Shown here one piece after another: positions 39,977 through 51,364 of a stretch of DNA of 64,000 nt (position 1 is its first letter; each line of letters begins with the position of its first letter). The translations under genes were made by a program, and so were the position numbers. The DNA comes from Candidatus Bathyarchaeia archaeon (GTDB lineage: Archaea; Thermoproteota; Bathyarchaeia; Bathyarchaeales; Bathycorpusculaceae), in the NCBI GenBank assembly GCA_038883795.1, contig JAVZLK010000005.1, forward strand, positions 39,144 to 103,143. The letters run 5' to 3'. The notes beneath the pieces were generated by a model. The model was not told the origin of the DNA, did not search any database, and worked only from the letters and a program-made list of their open reading frames with translations.

Positions 39977-41845
39977 CTATTCCTCCGTCTTCTTCGTTTT
40001 CTCTTCAACTATGTAGATGAGATCTTCCATGCCAAGCTCTTTCAGTTTCGCTATGGTAGGTATGCCTTCCCTGTTCCATCCGCGAGCCATGTAATAATCA
40101 TCCAATAACAAGTCAAGCTCTTCTTGAGAAACGTAAGCTCCTTTTGACGGTCCTTCATCCGGAATTGGTTGGTGCATTACTTTGTAGGGTAGGGTATCAT
40201 CCTTTCTGCCTAAGCCTTCTCTGATGTTGAATAGTCTGGCGACATTGTTTATTCTCTCGCCGCATCGCCTTATTTCTTCAGGCGTTGTTTCAAATCCGGT
40301 AACCAACGAGTAAAGTTTAGCCAAGTCTTCCGCTTCTTTGTAGTATGTTCCCCTTGAGAACTTACAAATGATTAAAGAGTCGATAATGGTGTACATGTCC
40401 TCCATGTCCTTAACCATTCTTCCTCTGCCCTTCTCAGCTACTAAACGGTTAACTTTGCCCTTCACATCAAAAGCGTAGGCTCCATGTCTATTGTGGTCTG
40501 CCCCTCGGAAGGAAACGGCAAAGCCTAAAGCGGCTGTTTTTAAGGCTCTCAGGTCATAGCCTGTAACTTCCACTCCTTTAATGTGTTGGGCTAGTTTTTC
40601 TGCACCTTTACCAATTTTCTCCCCAGCAATCTTTACTCCTTCAGCTAGTATGTCGCCTATTCCATCCCGTTTTCCTATTTTTTCGATGAGTTTGACTAGG
40701 GCTTCGTGATTGCCGAAGCATGCTTCTATTCCATCCATGTCTTTTTGGGTTAGTATGCCGTTTTCGTAACAGTCCATGGCGAAACCGACAATTACACCAG
40801 CGCTTATGGAGTCTATGCCATAATAGTTGCATAGTTCGCATCCTTTTATTATGGCGTCAAGGCGATCTACTCCACAGTATGGTCCCAATGCCCATAAGGG
40901 TTCATATTCCACTCTTGACATAGCGCCCTTATATGGGCCTTCTGGAACAACACAGACGTGTTCGCATCGCATCGCGCAGGAGCTGCATCCTATAATTTTT
41001 GCAACAAACCTTTCGTTTAAGGCTTCTCCGCTTACTTTTTCTGCTGCTTCAAAGCGTGAGTTGTTGTAGTTTCTTGTTGGCATACATGAAAGCGCGTTGT
41101 GAACCAAAACGTTTTCCGGTGTGCCTAAAGTTCTGTATTTCTGTGTGGCTGGGCCCTTCATTCTTTCATGGAATTCCTTAACAAATTCCATAAATTCTTC
41201 AGGTTTTGCCACGGTGATGTCATGGGTTCCGCGAACGGCAATTGCCTTAAGATTTTTTGAACCCATAACTGCGCCTAATCCACATCTTCCAGCAGCCCTT
41301 GTCTTTTCATTAATTATGCATGCTATTCTAACGAGTTTTTCTCCTGCGGGTCCTATAGCTGCAACGCGGATGTAATAGTCGCCTAACTCTTCTTTTATGG
41401 CGTCTTCTGTTTCTGCTGGTGATTTACCCCAGAGGTGTGAGGCATCTAAAATTTGAACTGAATCATCGTCAATCCAAACGTAAACAGGTTTCTCAGCTTT
41501 GCCCTTAAAAATCACTGCATCATATCCAGCCCTTTTTAGTTCCGTCCCAAAAGATCCGTGGGACTTCGACTCTCCGACTCCATAGCTTTGGGGAGATTTT
41601 GAAACAAAAGCATGTCCGTTTCCGCCGGTTGGCCAAACCGTTCCTGATATGGGTCCTGTCGTTAGGATTAGGGGGTTTTCTGGGCTGAAGGGGTCTACGC
41701 CAGCTTTTGAGTGGTCAAGCCAGAGGCGCATTCCTAAGCCTATGCCGCCTATGTATTTTTTGGCGTGGTCTTCATTTAAGGGTTCAACATGGGTTTTTCC
41801 TGTTGTTAAGTCTATGTGCAGCACTCTTCCAGCATATCCGTACAA
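39977..41845 (-). CDS. aor: Tungsten-type aldehyde:ferredoxin oxidoreductase family enzyme
   Basis: GYAGRVLHIDL, SKSP, IGPAGE, AAGRCGLGAVMGSKNLKAI, CSSCAMRC, EYEP and RGADH. Confidence 0.92.
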   Translation of the reverse strand: MYGYAGRVLHIDLTTGKTHVEPLNEDHAKKYIGGIGLGMRLWLDHSKAGVDPFSPENPLILTTGPISGTVWPTGGNGHAFVSKSPQSYGVGESKSHGSFGTELKRAGYDAVIFKGKAEKPVYVWIDDDSVQILDASHLWGKSPAETEDAIKEELGDYYIRVAAIGPAGEKLVRIACIINEKTRAAGRCGLGAVMGSKNLKAIAVRGTHDITVAKPEEFMEFVKEFHERMKGPATQKYRTLGTPENVLVHNALSCMPTRNYNNSRFEAAEKVSGEALNERFVAKIIGCSSCAMRCEHVCVVPEGPYKGAMSRVEYEPLWALGPYCGVDRLDAIIKGCELCNYYGIDSISAGVIVGFAMDCYENGILTQKDMDGIEACFGNHEALVKLIEKIGKRDGIGDILAEGVKIAGEKIGKGAEKLAQHIKGVEVTGYDLRALKTAALGFAVSFRGADHNRHGAYAFDVKGKVNRLVAEKGRGRMVKDMEDMYTIIDSLIICKFSRGTYYKEAEDLAKLYSLVTGFETTPEEIRRCGERINNVARLFNIREGLGRKDDTLPYKVMHQPIPDEGPSKGAYVSQEELDLLLDDYYMARGWNREGIPTIAKLKELGMEDLIYIVEEKTKKTEE

Positions 41846-41921
41846 GATTTTTCCTCCAAGCTTAGCTTAAGAAAAGTATAAGGTGTAAAGCTAATTATAT
41901 TAATTTAATGGTTCGCTTCGC

Positions 41922-43496
41922 TTAAACTGCTTCTTTCAAGAACTCTGATACGTCTTTCACTACAACCTTGCCTTCCACATCCAAAACTTTCACAGCATCC
42001 TCCAAAGTTGTTACACAGAACGGGCAAGCAGTGGCTATAACTTCAACATCTAAGGCTAATGCTTCTTTAAGCCGCTCTACACTGGGTCTCTTTTCTGGGA
42101 TCGCATCTTCAGTCCAAACTCTTCCAGCTCCTCCTCCACAACAGAAGCTGTTTTGCTTTGTCCTTTTCATTTCTATAAGTTTTAAGCCGTTTATGGATTG
42201 TAAGATTTGTCTGGGTGCATCGTATATGTTGTTTCGTTTTCCGAGGAAGCATGGGTCATGGTATGTGACTCTTTTCTTTATTGTTTTAGTGGGTTTCAGT
42301 TTGCCCTTGTTTATGGCTTCTGCCAAAAATTCAGTGTAATGTTGAACATTTAATCCAGCATCCTTGTATGGCTGGTCATTCTTGAAAGTATTATAGCAGT
42401 GAGGCGATAAAACCACAATTTTCTCTGCATTAAACTTCTTGAAAAAGTCAATATTGTGTGTTGCTAGTTCTTCGAAAAGTCCCTTTTCGCCTAATCTGAG
42501 AATGTGGTCTCCACAGCACCACTCTTCAAAACCCAAAGTTGCATAGTTAATGCCCATTTTATCCATTAATGAAGCCATGGCTTTAGCCATCTCTTGATTT
42601 CTCATATCATAAGCAGCGGAACAACAAACGAAATATAAAATGTCAGCCTTTGCCACTTCTGGAAAAGTTTTAACGTTTAAGCCTTTAGCCCATTCCATTC
42701 TCTTGCTTTGATGGGTTCCCATGGGGTTATGATATTTGATTACGCTTTCTAAAACATCCTTAACAGTCCTTGGTATAACTCCGGATTCTACGAGGAGGCT
42801 GCGATTGTCAACTATGGCATTGGAGCAGTTAACAAGCTTTGGACAGAACATTGTGCATGAATTGCATGAAGTGCAAAGCCAAACGTTGTCCGCTATAGGC
42901 TTTAAACGTTCATCTAAGCCCTCATCTCTGGAATCTGCTATAAAGCGGTAGTTAGCAGTTAATGTGGAAGGACCAAGGAATTTTTGGTCTATAGCTGCTG
43001 GACAAGCAGAATAGCAAATTGAACATTTCGTGCAAAGTGTAAGGTCCCAATACTTCTTTAGGTCCAATGGAGTTTGCACAAATTCCACAAGCTTGTTAAG
43101 CTCCACTTCGGGTTTTATCAAAAACTTCTTAATTTTCTTGAAAGTGTCAAAGAAGGGTTCAATGTCAACAATTAAATCTTTTATAACTGGCAAGTTTGAC
43201 AATGGCGCTAACTCTATTGTGTCAACGCCAAGGTCGAGAACCTGCGTGTAACATGCTAGCATGGGTTGTCCATTAACGTTGATTCCGCAGCTTCCACAAA
43301 TTCCCATTCTGCAAGAATGTCTGAAAGAAAGTGTCTCATCAATGTTGTCTCTAATGTATTGAAGGGCTTCGAGAATGCTTGTTCCTTTACGAATAGGCAC
43401 TTTATATGTGGATACGTAATGCCTTTTAGTTTGAGGGTCAAAACGGTTTATCCTAAACTCAACAATCTTCTCCACTTCAGAGTTCATAACACTCAA
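41922..43496 (-). CDS. Fumarate reductase/succinate dehydrogenase Fe-S subunit fused to CCG domains (TfrB-like)
   Basis: SCRMGICGSCG...LAC [2Fe-2S], CTKCSICYSACP and CTSCNSCTMFCP, then CCGD, YHDPC, CCGGG and ACPFC. Confidence 0.9.
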   Translation of the reverse strand: MSVMNSEVEKIVEFRINRFDPQTKRHYVSTYKVPIRKGTSILEALQYIRDNIDETLSFRHSCRMGICGSCGINVNGQPMLACYTQVLDLGVDTIELAPLSNLPVIKDLIVDIEPFFDTFKKIKKFLIKPEVELNKLVEFVQTPLDLKKYWDLTLCTKCSICYSACPAAIDQKFLGPSTLTANYRFIADSRDEGLDERLKPIADNVWLCTSCNSCTMFCPKLVNCSNAIVDNRSLLVESGVIPRTVKDVLESVIKYHNPMGTHQSKRMEWAKGLNVKTFPEVAKADILYFVCCSAAYDMRNQEMAKAMASLMDKMGINYATLGFEEWCCGDHILRLGEKGLFEELATHNIDFFKKFNAEKIVVLSPHCYNTFKNDQPYKDAGLNVQHYTEFLAEAINKGKLKPTKTIKKRVTYHDPCFLGKRNNIYDAPRQILQSINGLKLIEMKRTKQNSFCCGGGAGRVWTEDAIPEKRPSVERLKEALALDVEVIATACPFCVTTLEDAVKVLDVEGKVVVKDVSEFLKEAV

Positions 43497-43500
43497 CCTC

Positions 43501-45204
43501 CTAATACGTTCTTGCTGCAGGCTGCCACTTAGTTATCGTGACAGGAATATACTCTAGCCTCGGTCCCTCCTTTGTATAATATGCTAACGTATGCTTCAAC
43601 CAGTTTACGTCATCCCGTTTTGGATAGTCAATTCTTGTGTGGGCTCCTCTGGATTCCGTTCTGGCAAGCGCACTGACTATGGTTACTTCAGCGAGTTCCA
43701 ACATGAAATCAAGCTGCAAGGCATCCACCAAACCAGTGTTAAATGGTCCGCCTTTATCCTGAACCTTTATACGCTTAAACCTCTCCTTAAGCGCCCTTAC
43801 CTCTTTTAAGGCGCTTTCGAGCTGGTCGCCTCTTCTAAATATCCAAACTTTCTCGTTCATAACACGCCTCATCTCATCTCTAATAGCTGGAACCCTTTCA
43901 CTGCCTTCACTGCCCAAAATTCCATCAAAAACCCTCTTTTCCTCTGCCAAAAGTTTCTCTTGTGACATTTCTTTTAGACTGTTTGATAAGGCATGTTTAG
44001 CCGCTTCTTCTCCAGCCACCGCTCCAAAAACGAGACATTCCGCTGTAGAGTTTGTGCCAAGCCTGTTGGCTCCGTGAAGGCTTAGGCATGAGCATTCACC
44101 GGCAGCATACAACCCAGCAATTGGCGTTTCAGTTTTTATGTCAGCCTTTATTCCACCCATAGAATAGTGGGCTGCAGGCCTTATTGGAATGGGCTCTTTA
44201 ACGGGGTCGACTCCACCGAGTTTTATGGCGACTTCCCGTATGAGCGGCAACCTCTCGTTTATTTTTTCCTCCCCCAAATGCCTCAGATCTAAGGCTATAT
44301 AAGGACCGTAGGGGCCTTCTAATCCACGGCCTTCATTAATTTCTGTCTGTTCAGCCCTTGAAACCACATCTCGGGGGGCCAACTCCATTTTTTCTGGGGC
44401 ATAATTTTTCATGAAACGTTCGCCTTTTGCGTTAATTAAGTATCCGCCTTCGCCTCGGGCCCCTTCAGTTATTAAAGCGCCAGATGGAACCAAACCTGTC
44501 GGGTGGAATTGGACAAATTCCATATCCATTAATGGAGCTCCTGCACGGTAAGCCATAGCCATTCCATCACCAGTGGTTGTGTAGGAGAAGGTCGTAAACT
44601 CGTATATGCGCTCGTGACCTCCAGTTGCTATTACAAGAGCTTTAGTTTGAAAAGCGTGCATCTCGCCAGTCTTCAATTCTATGGCTGTTAAGCCAGCCGC
44701 CGTATTATTTTCAACCATTATGGACGTGGCGAACCATTCATCATAAAATTTAATGTTATCGTATGAGGTGGCTTTTCCGTAAAGCGTGTGCATTTCATGA
44801 AAACCCGTCATATCAGCTGCAAAGCAAGCCCTTGGGTAAGTGTGACCCCCAAAGGGGCGTTGATCTATTTTCCCATCCGTTGTGCGGCTCCAGGGGAGCC
44901 CCCAATGTTCTGTTAAAACTATTTCCCTCGGCGCTTGTCTTACAAAAAATTCTACAACATCTTGATCTGCTAAATAATCAGCTCCTTTAATTGTGTCGAA
45001 AGCATGCAAATCATACGAGTCCTTTTCTCGCATTACTGCCGCTGTGCCGCCTTGAGCGCAAACAGAGTGTGAGCGTAGAGGATGAAGTTTTGATATTACT
45101 GCAATGTCAAGCTTATTGCTTACCTCAGCCGCTGCAATGGCAGCTCTCAAGCCAGCCAAGCCAGCTCCAACAATAATTATGTCGTGGGTATACTTCTCCA
45201 TCAA
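43501..45204 (-). CDS. Fumarate reductase/succinate dehydrogenase flavoprotein subunit (SdhA/FrdA/TfrA-like)
   Basis: [16 protein letters not shown] (covalent-FAD His), [40 protein letters not shown] and ESRGAH. Confidence 0.93.
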   Translation of the reverse strand: MMEKYTHDIIIVGAGLAGLRAAIAAAEVSNKLDIAVISKLHPLRSHSVCAQGGTAAVMREKDSYDLHAFDTIKGADYLADQDVVEFFVRQAPREIVLTEHWGLPWSRTTDGKIDQRPFGGHTYPRACFAADMTGFHEMHTLYGKATSYDNIKFYDEWFATSIMVENNTAAGLTAIELKTGEMHAFQTKALVIATGGHERIYEFTTFSYTTTGDGMAMAYRAGAPLMDMEFVQFHPTGLVPSGALITEGARGEGGYLINAKGERFMKNYAPEKMELAPRDVVSRAEQTEINEGRGLEGPYGPYIALDLRHLGEEKINERLPLIREVAIKLGGVDPVKEPIPIRPAAHYSMGGIKADIKTETPIAGLYAAGECSCLSLHGANRLGTNSTAECLVFGAVAGEEAAKHALSNSLKEMSQEKLLAEEKRVFDGILGSEGSERVPAIRDEMRRVMNEKVWIFRRGDQLESALKEVRALKERFKRIKVQDKGGPFNTGLVDALQLDFMLELAEVTIVSALARTESRGAHTRIDYPKRDDVNWLKHTLAYYTKEGPRLEYIPVTITKWQPAARTY

Positions 45205-45341
45205 TATTCACCCGTTAAGAGACTACGTAAGTTTTACAATCCAGCCTTTATATTTTTCTGGTTTTTGTACGAAAATCTTATTTTCAACTGAAATTAAGTG
45301 CTGGTAAATTAAAATGTGCAATTCCGAGGAGGCTTGAAGGA

Positions 45342-47246
45342 GTGCAAAAGATGCCTAAAATTGAAATTTCGCCTAAATTGAAATTAATGCTTAAGAAGGC
45401 TTTAGAAAACCCTGAAGATTTCTGGGGTGAAGTAGCTGGGGAGCTGCATTGGTTTAAGAGGTGGGATAAGGTTTTCGAATGGAACTATCCAAACTTCACT
45501 TGGTTTAAGGGTGGAATAACAAATCTTTCTTACAACTGCACAGAATATCATGTAAAAAATGGAAAGGGTAACCGTACTGCAATAATATGGGAGAACGGTG
45601 AAGGATTACCAGCCCGCAAATTAACTTACCAGCAACTTCTAGATGAAGTTAAAAAATTTGCCGCTGGCTTAAAAGCGTTAGGAGTTGAAAAAGGCGATAG
45701 AGTAACAATTTACATGCCCATGGTTCCCGAGGCAGCAGTTGCCATGTTAGCAACCACAAGGATTGGGGCAATCCACTCAGTTGTTTTTGGGGGTTTTGGT
45801 TATAGTGCTTTAGCAGATAGAATCGCTGATGCAGAGCCAAAAGTTGTTGTTACAGCTGATGTGGGGCTAAGACGTGGAGAAACCATTAATCTTAAGAGTG
45901 TTGTGGATGAAGCTCTTAAAATTTCTGGAAAAAGCGTGCAAAAGGTCATTGTCTTGAAAAGAGGTGAAAAGGATCCACCAATGACCTCCGGGAGAGATAT
46001 GCTTTGGGAAGAGGGCATCGAAAAAGGAGAAGGCTTAAATGTGGAGGCTGAAAATATGCGGGCAGATGAGTTGGCTTTTATCCTTTACACCTCTGGAACA
46101 ATGGCTAAGCCTAAGGGAACAGTTCAACCTCATGGAAGCTATCAAGTTTACATATACGCCATGGGCAAATGGGTTTACGACTTAAATGAAAATGACGTTT
46201 GGTGGTCAACCTCAGACATAGGCTGGATTGTTGGTCACAGCTATGTCGTTTATGCACCATTACTTTTCGGCTGTACAACAATAATGTATGAAGGAGTTCC
46301 GGACCACCCCACACCCGACGTTTGGTGGCAGATAATTGAAAGGAATCACGCTACAAAACTTTGGATATCGCCCACGGGCGTACGCACTTTAATGAAGTAT
46401 GGCGATGAATGGCCTAAAAAGCATGATTTAGGCTCTGTCAAACTTGTAGTTTGTGCAGGAGAAGTTTTGAACCCACCAGCTTGGGAATGGCTTCAAAAGA
46501 AAGTCTTTCAAGATAAGGTTCCGGTCATTGACCACATGTGGCAAACCGAAAGCAGCGGACCAATGGTTGGCAACCCCTACGGCATCGAGTTGCTGCCCAC
46601 AAAACCCGGTTCCGCAACCATTCCGCTTCCTGGAATCGACGCAGAAATAGTTGATGAAAGCGGGAAACCTGTCCCAGAAGGCGTTGAAGGAATATTCGTA
46701 TGCAAAAAACCTTTTCCGGGTTTGACGCCTACCCTTTGGCGGGATCATGAACGTTACGTGCAGGATTATTGGAATAGAATTCCAGGCTTTTATTATACTG
46801 GCGACGCAGCAATTAAAGATGAGGATGGCTACATCTGGTTTTTGGGGAGAGTGGATGAAGTCATCAAGATTTCAGGGCATAGAATTGGCACTATTGAAAT
46901 TGAAAGCGCTTTACTTGAGCATCCAGCAGTTGCTGAAGCAGCCGTTGTTGGACGCCCAGATCCTTTGAGAGGCGAAGTCGCCTGTGCATTTATTGTTTTG
47001 AAGCGTGGATACGAGCCAAACAGCGTCTTAAAGGATGCATTAATAAATTTGGTTAGGAAAACTTTGGGGCCAATAGTGATTGTTGGCGACATATTCTTTG
47101 TCGCTAGACTTCCTAAAACAAGAAGTGGTAAGATAATGCGTCGCCTTATTGGAGCTTTGATTGCTGGCAAACCTTTAGGAGATTATTCAACAATTGAAGA
47201 TGAGACAGCCATAGAAGAGATTAAGAAAGCTATAAGCCAATATTAG
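45342..47246 (+). CDS. AMP-forming acetate/propionate--CoA ligase (Acs/PrpE family)
   Basis: YTSGTMAKPKG, SDIGWIVGHSY, AGE, WQTE, YYTGD, SGHRIG and LPKTRSGKIMRR. Confidence 0.92.
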   Translation: MQKMPKIEISPKLKLMLKKALENPEDFWGEVAGELHWFKRWDKVFEWNYPNFTWFKGGITNLSYNCTEYHVKNGKGNRTAIIWENGEGLPARKLTYQQLLDEVKKFAAGLKALGVEKGDRVTIYMPMVPEAAVAMLATTRIGAIHSVVFGGFGYSALADRIADAEPKVVVTADVGLRRGETINLKSVVDEALKISGKSVQKVIVLKRGEKDPPMTSGRDMLWEEGIEKGEGLNVEAENMRADELAFILYTSGTMAKPKGTVQPHGSYQVYIYAMGKWVYDLNENDVWWSTSDIGWIVGHSYVVYAPLLFGCTTIMYEGVPDHPTPDVWWQIIERNHATKLWISPTGVRTLMKYGDEWPKKHDLGSVKLVVCAGEVLNPPAWEWLQKKVFQDKVPVIDHMWQTESSGPMVGNPYGIELLPTKPGSATIPLPGIDAEIVDESGKPVPEGVEGIFVCKKPFPGLTPTLWRDHERYVQDYWNRIPGFYYTGDAAIKDEDGYIWFLGRVDEVIKISGHRIGTIEIESALLEHPAVAEAAVVGRPDPLRGEVACAFIVLKRGYEPNSVLKDALINLVRKTLGPIVIVGDIFFVARLPKTRSGKIMRRLIGALIAGKPLGDYSTIEDETAIEEIKKAISQY

Positions 47247-47324
47247 AGTGTGTCTTCACTTGTGGGCAAACGCTTTATAATGTGTCTAGCATGACATTTA
47301 AAACTCTATGAGGGGTGAAAGCGC

Positions 47325-47726
47325 ATGTTTGTGGGCGTTGACCATGTTGGCGTTGCAGTTAAAAATCTGGATGAAGCTATTAGCCTATACCAAAACGTTT
47401 TAGGCTTTAAGCTTGAAGGTGTTCACGTTTTAAATGAGAGGAAGGTTAAGGTCGCTTTTCTCTCCACTGGCGGCGAAACCCGAATTGAACTTTTAGAACC
47501 TCTCGGCACTGATAGTCCAGTTGCCAAGTTTCTTGATAGTCGAGGTGAAGGCATCCACCATATCGCTGTAAGAGTTGATAACATTGATGCAGTGCTGGAG
47601 GATTTCAAGCGTAAAGCCGTGATTTTGGTTGATGAAAAGCCCAGAGTTGGCGCTGAAGGCGCAAAAATTGCCTTTGTTCACCCCAAAAGCACTAAGGGAG
47701 TGCTTTTAGAGTTAATTATGAAGTAG
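47325..47726 (+). CDS. mce: Methylmalonyl-CoA epimerase
   Basis: VDHVGVAV...IELLEP...GEGIHHIA...[15 protein letters not shown] (VOC fold), in a methylmalonyl-CoA context. Confidence 0.92.
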   Translation: MFVGVDHVGVAVKNLDEAISLYQNVLGFKLEGVHVLNERKVKVAFLSTGGETRIELLEPLGTDSPVAKFLDSRGEGIHHIAVRVDNIDAVLEDFKRKAVILVDEKPRVGAEGAKIAFVHPKSTKGVLLELIMK

Positions 47727-47733
47727 TGATGGT

Positions 47734-48852
47734 TTGAATCAAACTAGAATTGTGCTTTCCATCCAATTTTTCCATTCCCTTGTCAGCGGCATCCTTGGAG
47801 TCACCATACCATTAATGATGAAAGAAAGAAATGTAGACGTTGTCGTTATAGGACTTGTCTTCGCAGCCATGCCATTAATTATGCAGTTTGGGCGAATGTT
47901 TTTTGCGACACTTTCAGATTTTTTGGGCAGAAAACTCTTCTTTACCGCTAATGGAGTTTTGGGCGTAATTTCAAGCCTAATTTATTATGTTGCACGGACC
48001 CCACTAGAATTCTTATTCGGCAAGCTTATGGAGGGAACCAAGGAAGGCTCAATATGGGCTGTCAACAGAGCTTTTCTTTTGGAGAGGGAAGGAGGGCACT
48101 GGAGAATTTTAGTTTACTTAAGAACAGTGGTTTATGTTGGTTTTGCCCTTGGAAGTCTGCTTACTGGCTTTTTGGTTGCTTGGCTATTTTTCGATGGAAC
48201 AATGATGTTATGCGCTATTCTTGGAATTTTTGTACTCTTGTTGGCACTTTTGCTACCTAAAGAAAGAAAAGAACAGTTCAGTATGGTAAAAGCTTTGCAG
48301 TTTCTAGACTTCAGAAAGAAAAAAGGGGTTTTCAAGATTTTCCTCTTTTTATTTTTTATAATAGGTTTGTCTTATGGGTTTCACGGAGGCTTCGTAATAC
48401 CACTTTTTCTAGACATGAATGGCTTCGATGCTGAGATGATTGGACTAATTATTGGAGTGCAGATTTTGTTTGCTGGTGTTTCTTCATACTTTCTTTCGAA
48501 AACCACTAAATTAAGGCAGATGATTCTTTTGCAAGGAATCCTTTTTTCCGCAGTCTTCTCTTTGCTTGGTTTTTTGAGTTCCATAACGGCTGGAGTCCTT
48601 TTAGTTGTTTATGGCTTTATTGAGGGGATGTCAAGCATTGGCCAAGAAGGAATTTTGTCCAAAATCTGCGATAAAGAATCTTATGGAACTGATATTGGCT
48701 TGTTAATGTTTGGGTTGCATGTTGGCGAAACCCTAAGTTTGGCTTTGTCGGGCTTTCTTATTGAAATGTGGGGTTTCTTTGTTCCTTTCCTATTGGCAGC
48801 CTCCACCTACGCAATTTTCTACATACCCTCATACATGATTTTGAAAGAGTGA
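47734..48852 (+). CDS. MFS transporter
   Basis: Multiple hydrophobic helices and MFS motif A-like LSDFLGRK. Confidence 0.85.
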   Translation: MNQTRIVLSIQFFHSLVSGILGVTIPLMMKERNVDVVVIGLVFAAMPLIMQFGRMFFATLSDFLGRKLFFTANGVLGVISSLIYYVARTPLEFLFGKLMEGTKEGSIWAVNRAFLLEREGGHWRILVYLRTVVYVGFALGSLLTGFLVAWLFFDGTMMLCAILGIFVLLLALLLPKERKEQFSMVKALQFLDFRKKKGVFKIFLFLFFIIGLSYGFHGGFVIPLFLDMNGFDAEMIGLIIGVQILFAGVSSYFLSKTTKLRQMILLQGILFSAVFSLLGFLSSITAGVLLVVYGFIEGMSSIGQEGILSKICDKESYGTDIGLLMFGLHVGETLSLALSGFLIEMWGFFVPFLLAASTYAIFYIPSYMILKE

Positions 48853-48858
48853 ACCATA

Positions 48859-49647
48859 TTGAAAATAGATGAAATCCAAGAATACCTTCAAACCAAAAAA
48901 CTTGGCAAAAAAATACTCTTCCTGCATAAAACTGACTCCACAAACGACATAGCCAAAAAATTAGCCAACTATGAGGCTTCTGAAGGAACAATTGTTGTAG
49001 CGGAAACTCAAACCGCTGGGCGAGGAAGACTTGGTAGGGAATGGTTTTCGCCAAAGGGTGGACTCTACTTTTCCACGATTCTGAAGCCAAAAATAACCGT
49101 AAAAGAATCTGTTAAACTCGTTTTCGTGGCTGGTTTGGCTGTAGCAGAAGTTTTGCATGAAAAGTATGGGTTGCACGTGGAAACCAAGTGGCCAAACGAT
49201 GTTTTAGTAGGGGGACGTAAGATTTGTGGAATACTAAGTGAAATGAAGACAAGAGGCGAAAAAGTAGACTATGCGATAATAGGTGTTGGCATAAACGCGA
49301 ATGTTAAAGTCAAGAAGGAATTTCCAGAAGAACTGAAAACTGTTGCAACATCCATTGAGGATGAGTTGGGCAGAAAAATTAAGCTGGAAGAACTGCTTAG
49401 ATTGTTGCTTGAAAATTTGGAAAACGTTTATGAACAATTTATGAAGGAAGGATTCACTCAAGTTTTAAAGAAATGGAAAAGGTATGCAAGTTTTATAGGC
49501 AAAAAGGTGGAGATTATAAATGAGGTTGGAAGATTGCATTGTTTGGCCTTAGATGTCGATGATGATGGAGCATTGGTTGTTAGGCTTGAAGATGGAACAG
49601 TAAAGCATGTGTTTTTCGGAGATGTTTCTCTCCAGATAAATAAATGA
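48859..49647 (+). CDS. birA: Biotin--protein ligase (no HTH domain)
   Basis: DSTN, QTAGRGRLGREWFSP and KWPND...KICGIL...GVGIN. Confidence 0.95.
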   Translation: MKIDEIQEYLQTKKLGKKILFLHKTDSTNDIAKKLANYEASEGTIVVAETQTAGRGRLGREWFSPKGGLYFSTILKPKITVKESVKLVFVAGLAVAEVLHEKYGLHVETKWPNDVLVGGRKICGILSEMKTRGEKVDYAIIGVGINANVKVKKEFPEELKTVATSIEDELGRKIKLEELLRLLLENLENVYEQFMKEGFTQVLKKWKRYASFIGKKVEIINEVGRLHCLALDVDDDGALVVRLEDGTVKHVFFGDVSLQINK

Positions 49648-49772
49648 ATCTTGTGAAAACTTCATTTTAATGGATTTAAACCATCAGCGAAGACAGAACC
49701 TTAACATTATCTTTAGCCTTTCCGTATATTCTAAATATTTGAGTTATATTACCTAAAAGCGAGAGGATCGAA

Positions 49773-51341
49773 ATGGCTTTCATAAAAGAGCCTAGCGTTG
49801 ATGAGAAGATTAGGCGTTTGCGGGAATTGAATGAACAAGCCAAACTTGGTGGTGGGCAAAAGCGCATTGAGGAGCAACACGCTAAAGGCAAATTAACAGC
49901 TCGAGAACGTATTGAATTGTTGCTGGATCCTGGTAGTTTTAATGAGCTTGACCGTTTTGTGGTTCATCAATGCACAGAATTTGGCATGGCGGAACGCAAA
50001 TATCTCGGCGACGGCGTCGTAACTGGCTATGGCACAATTGATGGCAGACTCGTCTACGTTTTCAGCCAAGACTTTACTGTTTTTGGTGGTTCATTAGGTG
50101 AAATGTTTGCAAAAAAGGTTTGTAAAATAATGGATTTAGCCCTAAAGGCTGGAGCGCCAGTCATAGGCTTAAATGATAGTGGTGGTGCACGCATACAAGA
50201 AGGTGTGGCAAGCCTTGCTGGTTATGGGGATATTTTCTTCAGAAACGTCATAAGCTCAGGCGTAATTCCACAAATAAGCGCTATAATGGGTCCATGCGCT
50301 GGAGGAGCCGTTTATTCTCCAGCCCTAACAGACTTCATAATCATGGTTGACAAAACAAGCCACATGTTTATCACTGGTCCAGATGTGGTTAAAGCTGCTT
50401 TGGGGCAAGAGGTTACTTTTGAAGAGCTGGGCGGCGCCATGGTGCATAGCACAACAAGCGGCGTAGCCCATTTTATAGCCCAAAGTGAGGAGCATTGCAT
50501 GCAGATTATTAAGAAACTTTTGAGCTATTTGCCGAGCAATTATCTTGAAGACCCGCCCGCAGTGGAGCCTACGGATGATCCAGATCGCACTGATGAAGAT
50601 TTAGCCAGGATTCTTCCAGATGACCCAGATAAGCCCTATGATGTTAAAGAGATTATTACCCGCGTGGTTGATAATGGTGAATTCTTTGAAATTCAGCCGT
50701 TATGGGCGCAGAACATTGTTATTGGTTTTGCAAGGTTGAATGGCAAAACAGTTGGCATAGTGGCGAATCAACCATTACATTATGCTGGAGCCCTAGACAT
50801 AAACAGCAGCATGAAAGCGGGACGATTCATACGTTTCTGTGATTGCTTTAACATTCCAATAATAACATTTGTGGATGTGCCGGGCTTTTTGCCAGGTTTG
50901 GAGCAGGAACATGGCGGCATAATAAGGCATGGCTCAAAACTTTTATACGCTTATTGTGAGGCTACCGTGCCAAAAATAACCACTATATTGCGCAAATCTT
51001 ATGGCGGAGCTTATGATGTTATGGGTTCTAAACATTCGGGTGCGGACATAAACTATGCTTGGCCCACGGCCGAAATTGCCGTAATGGGACCTCAAGGCGC
51101 CATAAACATCATTTTCCGAAAGGAAATAGCTGAGGCTGAAAATCCGGAGCAAAAGCGGATGGAACTTGTAAGCGAGTATCGCCGAAAATTTGCAAATCCC
51201 TATGTGGCAGCCCAGAAGGGCTACATAGATGAGGTAATTGAACCAGCAGAAACCAGACCAAAACTCATCAGCGCCTTAGAAAGCTTAATCACAAAAAAAG
51301 AGCCTAGACCGTCTAGAAAGCATGGAAATATCCCATTATAA
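49773..51341 (+). CDS. Acyl-CoA carboxyltransferase (PccB/MmdA/transcarboxylase 12S-like)
   Basis: [43 protein letters not shown] and KHGNIPL. Confidence 0.95.
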   Translation: MAFIKEPSVDEKIRRLRELNEQAKLGGGQKRIEEQHAKGKLTARERIELLLDPGSFNELDRFVVHQCTEFGMAERKYLGDGVVTGYGTIDGRLVYVFSQDFTVFGGSLGEMFAKKVCKIMDLALKAGAPVIGLNDSGGARIQEGVASLAGYGDIFFRNVISSGVIPQISAIMGPCAGGAVYSPALTDFIIMVDKTSHMFITGPDVVKAALGQEVTFEELGGAMVHSTTSGVAHFIAQSEEHCMQIIKKLLSYLPSNYLEDPPAVEPTDDPDRTDEDLARILPDDPDKPYDVKEIITRVVDNGEFFEIQPLWAQNIVIGFARLNGKTVGIVANQPLHYAGALDINSSMKAGRFIRFCDCFNIPIITFVDVPGFLPGLEQEHGGIIRHGSKLLYAYCEATVPKITTILRKSYGGAYDVMGSKHSGADINYAWPTAEIAVMGPQGAINIIFRKEIAEAENPEQKRMELVSEYRRKFANPYVAAQKGYIDEVIEPAETRPKLISALESLITKKEPRPSRKHGNIPL

Positions 51342-51364
51342 ATTATTGTTAGGGCTAGAGGTAA

